DNA from: Asterionella formosa | Taxonomy: Eukaryota | Assembly (NCBI GenBank): GCA_002256025.1 | Contig: NKIB01013935.1 | Location: forward strand, 1-49,652 | Direction of reading: 5' to 3' | Length of the DNA: 49,652 nucleotides | Shown: piece by piece, positions 45,693 through 49,652 of the stretch | Position numbering within the stretch: position 1 is the stretch's first letter | Layout of the letters: every line of letters starts with the position of its first letter | Translations under genes and position numbers: made by a program | Notes under the pieces: generated by a model | What the model was told of the DNA's origin: nothing | What the model saw: the letters and a program-made list of their open reading frames with translations, nothing else | Database searches by the model: none

Positions 45693-48488
45693 TCATGATT
45701 GAGGGGAGACTGCTAGCTTGGTTGGACTCGCTGCTTGCTCGCCGAGCAAATGTTGTAAAAGCATGGTTCTTTGCGAAATAGGAAGCTGGTTCCGCACTGA
45801 CATTCGTCTAACAAAAGCGCACGATCGTTCAAGTCCACAACCAAATTCAATCATACTATGGGCTAGTGCCCCCAGTTGAGCAAATACAACAGCATGCACT
45901 TGTGACGCTGCCTCGCATCTCTCCGTGTGAGTGAGGTCGTGCCATTTCAGTTTTCGGGTTTCCGTCCACTCACTTCTATTCGCACTGTCCCCACCTCGTT
46001 CGAAATTTGACATCACACCACTATGAGTTAAAGATTCAGTTACACATTGAAAAAGAGCTTGATCCCAGAATTCTTCATCGGCCCAAATAGGATGTTCAAC
46101 GAGTTTGCTTTTTACGTAGATGCGCTTGTTTCGGGCGGAACGATTTGGTGATTCATTTTCTGTCTTGCTCTCCGACTCGCTATTCTCTTCGTCGACAATA
46201 AAAAAGGATTGTGACAACATCATGCACATCTTGGCATTTGCAACACTTCCGGCTTCGTGATCACAACCATTCAAAATGGAGTAGATAACCCTTGAAACAC
46301 CATCAAACTGCATTTGCCGCTTTAACCGAGCAGCACTTCGTTTCGAATTGATAGCATAGCAAATAGTGGAGCGACGTGATCTGGAACATGGATGTTTTCT
46401 ATCCTCCGCTACTTTGCATAGAAATGAAACGGACTTTTCAAATTCGGCGAAGGCATCATCAGTTCGAATTGTCAAAGTTTCCTCATCAAAGAATAGGTCC
46501 TCGACTGCATCCTCGAGCTCCTCTGGCGTGATATCTCCTTCGTCTTCATCAGTATCATTCCAGTCCAAAGCTGTCATCCTGTTTGGCGATGTGTTTCCCA
46601 TGCTACCGTCCACGTGGCTGCTTAGAACCGCCAAAGCTGATGCTATTCCGCCATCATCATCATCGCCCATCCACGTAGAACCACCACGCTCCTTCTTGTC
46701 GTTGGAGATGTAGACATCAAGATCAGTGCGCACATTCATATTCTCAACAATGTACTCCAGTTCCACAAGGTTCTGAAGTCGTTCTTCAATAGATTCACGT
46801 TCAGTTTTCACCAATGCTTTAAGGCATGCAGCTTGAGCGTTACATGCACTCAAGAGGCAGGTTTCTGCGGCAACTCGAGCAGAACGTCGCGTCGTGTCAA
46901 GGTTACTAAGAACATTGAGAAGGGATCCCGCAGTATCCTCAATAGCTTCATCGGCAGCAAGGGCGGAAGAACGCAACCCCGGAAGGTTGCATTCTTGTTC
47001 AATTTGAGCTCGTGATGCAAAAGAAACGGAAAAGCCTTGCATTTCTGGCGTTGAAGAAGAACTAGGAACTACAGCTGGTTTCATGGGTGATTGCATTGTC
47101 TGATCACGGGGTCCTTTGATTGGAGCTTGGGGTAGATCCAAGGGAGTGAAACTTCCATCTTCCAACGAGTCCGTCACAGCGGCAATCATATCCCAAACTT
47201 CGGCTTGGGTGGCCCCCAAATGAGCTTTAGTTGTGTCGTTAGCATGAGCCTCTTGATCTATCCGAAACTGCTCCATTCTTTGACGTTCTCGTTCTCTTGA
47301 GCGTTGCAACATGCTTTCTTCCATAATTTTAACAACAAGCTCTTCGGCTTCATATACCAGTTGCCATCGGCGCTTGCTCTCCGCTTTGCAATAGGCGAGC
47401 CGACCTTCAATTTCATTCGCACGACGCTGCATTTCTTTCAATGATCGTTCTCGATGATAGCTCCGTTCGGCGGCTTTGTCGGCGGCTCTTCTAATCTCGG
47501 CAAGAGATCCATGACTAGCTGATCTCCAACGGTTGGCATCATTTTCCGACATCATAATATGGTATTGTTCAAAGGCCACGGTGGCTGCGTGAACAGTGCC
47601 GCCCCTATACGATAAGGGGCCGACTCGATCAGGGGTCATCATGAGCGACGGCTCGCGACCAATACTGACTTTGCTGGAATCCCAGCTGGATCCAATTGGC
47701 TCCAGCTCTGAGAGTGAAGAGAGCGCATCTGAAGACGACCATTTTCGACTGGAACCGTTCGTCGTTGAGTTCACTAGCGCTACTGGCACTGGGAGGGGTG
47801 GTGCGATACCGTGATTATCGCTTATATTCCGAAGGTGATCACATGCTTGGGAAGCTCTTGCTGCATGCTCCTTCTTGGACGTAATGAGTGCTTCCATAAA
47901 ACTAGTCATCTCTCGAAGCGACATTTCAGATTGGCGGATTGACAACGAGGTTGCCGCCGCTGACCAGCCTGTGGCGCTGAAGCCATTCAAGGCGTGATCT
48001 CCTTTGCTTTGTAGATCGTACCCCATAATAACGGCACTATTGTAATCATCCGACTCTTGACGATTTGCCAAAAAGTTGGCATACGGCGACTGCGATGGCC
48101 CTCTGTCCACTTGCGCCGTACTCGTTCCGTTTTGCGGCGTCTCCGGTGATTGAGATTCGCGCTCGTCCTCTTGCACAGCAGTTCGTCGCTCCTGCGGTAT
48201 CAACAACAAATCTCCATCCGGGCTCACCAATACGCTACAGTCCTTCATGCCTGTCTCCGAGTCTCTCTTGACAGACGACTGCGCGTAGGAGGAGGAAGCT
48301 GCCAAGGCATCGCAGGCTTCCACGCAAGAGTCAAACGACGATAAATCAGTTAATTTCGCATTGTATCCCAAGGGCGATGTTTCCATAAAGAAGGTGGGAG
48401 ACGGGCCTCGTCGAGAGGAAGTTGATGAGTTACTTCGCGTCTCGTCGCTGCCAACGCGGCGTATGCGCGATTTGATCCGTCCCAGCAT
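45693..48488 (-). CDS. Coiled-coil protein with C-terminal SBF1/SBF2-like domain, about 931 aa
   Basis: Long intact ORF (open from 48755; likely ATG 48488). HPIWADEEFWDQAL...VFAQLGALAHSMIEFG resembles the SBF2 domain. Charged helical centre. Confidence 0.8.
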   Translation of the reverse strand: MLGRIKSRIRRVGSDETRSNSSTSSRRGPSPTFFMETSPLGYNAKLTDLSSFDSCVEACDALAASSSYAQSSVKRDSETGMKDCSVLVSPDGDLLLIPQERRTAVQEDERESQSPETPQNGTSTAQVDRGPSQSPYANFLANRQESDDYNSAVIMGYDLQSKGDHALNGFSATGWSAAATSLSIRQSEMSLREMTSFMEALITSKKEHAARASQACDHLRNISDNHGIAPPLPVPVALVNSTTNGSSRKWSSSDALSSLSELEPIGSSWDSSKVSIGREPSLMMTPDRVGPLSYRGGTVHAATVAFEQYHIMMSENDANRWRSASHGSLAEIRRAADKAAERSYHRERSLKEMQRRANEIEGRLAYCKAESKRRWQLVYEAEELVVKIMEESMLQRSRERERQRMEQFRIDQEAHANDTTKAHLGATQAEVWDMIAAVTDSLEDGSFTPLDLPQAPIKGPRDQTMQSPMKPAVVPSSSSTPEMQGFSVSFASRAQIEQECNLPGLRSSALAADEAIEDTAGSLLNVLSNLDTTRRSARVAAETCLLSACNAQAACLKALVKTERESIEERLQNLVELEYIVENMNVRTDLDVYISNDKKERGGSTWMGDDDDGGIASALAVLSSHVDGSMGNTSPNRMTALDWNDTDEDEGDITPEELEDAVEDLFFDEETLTIRTDDAFAEFEKSVSFLCKVAEDRKHPCSRSRRSTICYAINSKRSAARLKRQMQFDGVSRVIYSILNGCDHEAGSVANAKMCMMLSQSFFIVDEENSESESKTENESPNRSARNKRIYVKSKLVEHPIWADEEFWDQALFQCVTESLTHSGVMSNFERGGDSANRSEWTETRKLKWHDLTHTERCEAASQVHAVVFAQLGALAHSMIEFGCGLERSCAFVRRMSVRNQLPISQRTMLLQHLLGEQAASPTKLAVSPQS

Positions 48489-49335
48489 TGGTTTGCGGTG
48501 GTTGGTTGTCCCTTTTGGCTTTTTGCCTTTCACGAAAGTAAGTTGTGGATATATATACTTCAATTCAACAGACTTCGTCCTTCGGGCACAGGATGCCGTA
48601 GAACGGCGAGTGTTAGTATGCTCCAACAGGAATGCGACCAGCAAGGCAGCAAAGCGAACACTCAAGGAACGGAACAATGCCAAGCACCGAGCATGCAACA
48701 ACTCAGCTTTGTTTTGTCCTTCATGTGCGTCATATGTATGATGCGGTGCGGTCACCGCATCAAATCGTAGTTAGTACCCTGGTATGTAAATATCTAAAAA
48801 GGGTACCGGTACTCATTACTGGTGTACTACAATACGGTATTATATATATATTGCTTACAGGTAATCATTAAGCCTCATATACGGATATAAAGATAACTAT
48901 ATACCGCATCTATATCTAAATGTAAAGATATGTTCCTCCATGGTATAATTTTTATTCGTACACTCTACACACACACAATAAAGATTTTGACATGTCATTT
49001 TCCAAGTGTTTGTCTTGATCCTTGTTCTTCATCCATTATTAACACTGATTATTTTTACAGTCACCAGAAAAAACGCAAGTCAAATATTATCACCCTGATA
49101 AATTATTTGGGTGGCCCAATCACATGGAGCATAATTTAAGGTTGTGGCCCCACAGTCACACATAGCGAGGTCCATTTTCCCCCAAATAAATGTATGATAT
49201 CATACCTCCACCAACACATTGGGAGAATCCTGCATCATGTCGTCTCTGCCTTGACAAAAAACGAATCTATCTATTCTAGGAAACTGAGAACAACGCTTTG
49301 CTATTTGGTACAAACATCAAGAAAAATATAGAAAA

Positions 49336-49652
49336 TACTATCTCAGTTCCATTCCCTACCACGACCGTTTCACTCACTTGTTTCTTGTCTTCCATCATGC
49401 GCACGTCCGTGCAGATGTGAACAGTAGCACCGCTGTCTAACAACCAGCGATTTCTGACGTCACGAGCGAGGTTGACTTCCTCGTTGTAACTAATTTCGAT
49501 GCACGTGTCGACGAACATTCCTTGCTGCTGGGTAGATGTAGTCGTGTTGTTCTCTTCGTTTTTATTATTTTTAGATGCACTGTTACTGGTGCACTCATTT
49601 GCGTAGTGTCCCATGCGTTGGCACTTGAAACACTTGATCGTTTTCCTCTTTT
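49336..49652 (-). mobile_element. Ty1/Copia gag zinc knuckle and protease fragment (runs off the window end; truncated near 49336)
   Basis: KCFKCQRMGHYANEC (CCHC) and WLLDSGATVHIC...VVVGNG. Confidence 0.92.

Noticed and set aside
48940..49260. Gypsy integrase C-terminal remnant (QGRDDMMQDSP)
   Set aside because: One weak motif only; cannot be supported without a search.

Overview
Eukaryotic nuclear DNA, most likely a diatom (inferred from short 64-83 bp GT-AG introns, a bZIP-PAS factor, and diatom-type Copia, Gypsy and RNase H-bearing LINE remnants). Seven intact-looking protein genes (bZIP-PAS factor, carnosine N-methyltransferase-like, DEAD-box helicase, ankyrin protein, inositol monophosphatase-family nucleotidase, cathepsin Z, SBF2-domain coiled-coil protein) sit in islands between blocks of decayed, nested transposable elements (about 1-15 kb, 18.5-29.7 kb, 34.7-39.2 kb and the right end). 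The most notable signal is a 234-bp tRNA-Ala-derived SINE-like insertion with a 19-21 bp target-site duplication. Its empty site is shown by a paralogous Gypsy copy in the same window, and its 3' end resembles the 3' ends of two LINE remnants in the window, giving a candidate SINE-LINE pair. Also notable: a TSD-flanked LINE split by an unusual TIR element, a Copia LTR followed by a palindrome/hairpin instead of a tRNA primer site, and strong enrichment of TACC(W)GGTA palindromes outside coding sequence. No CRISPR array, rRNA or intact tRNA gene was seen. All alignments and counts were done by eye; no searches were run.
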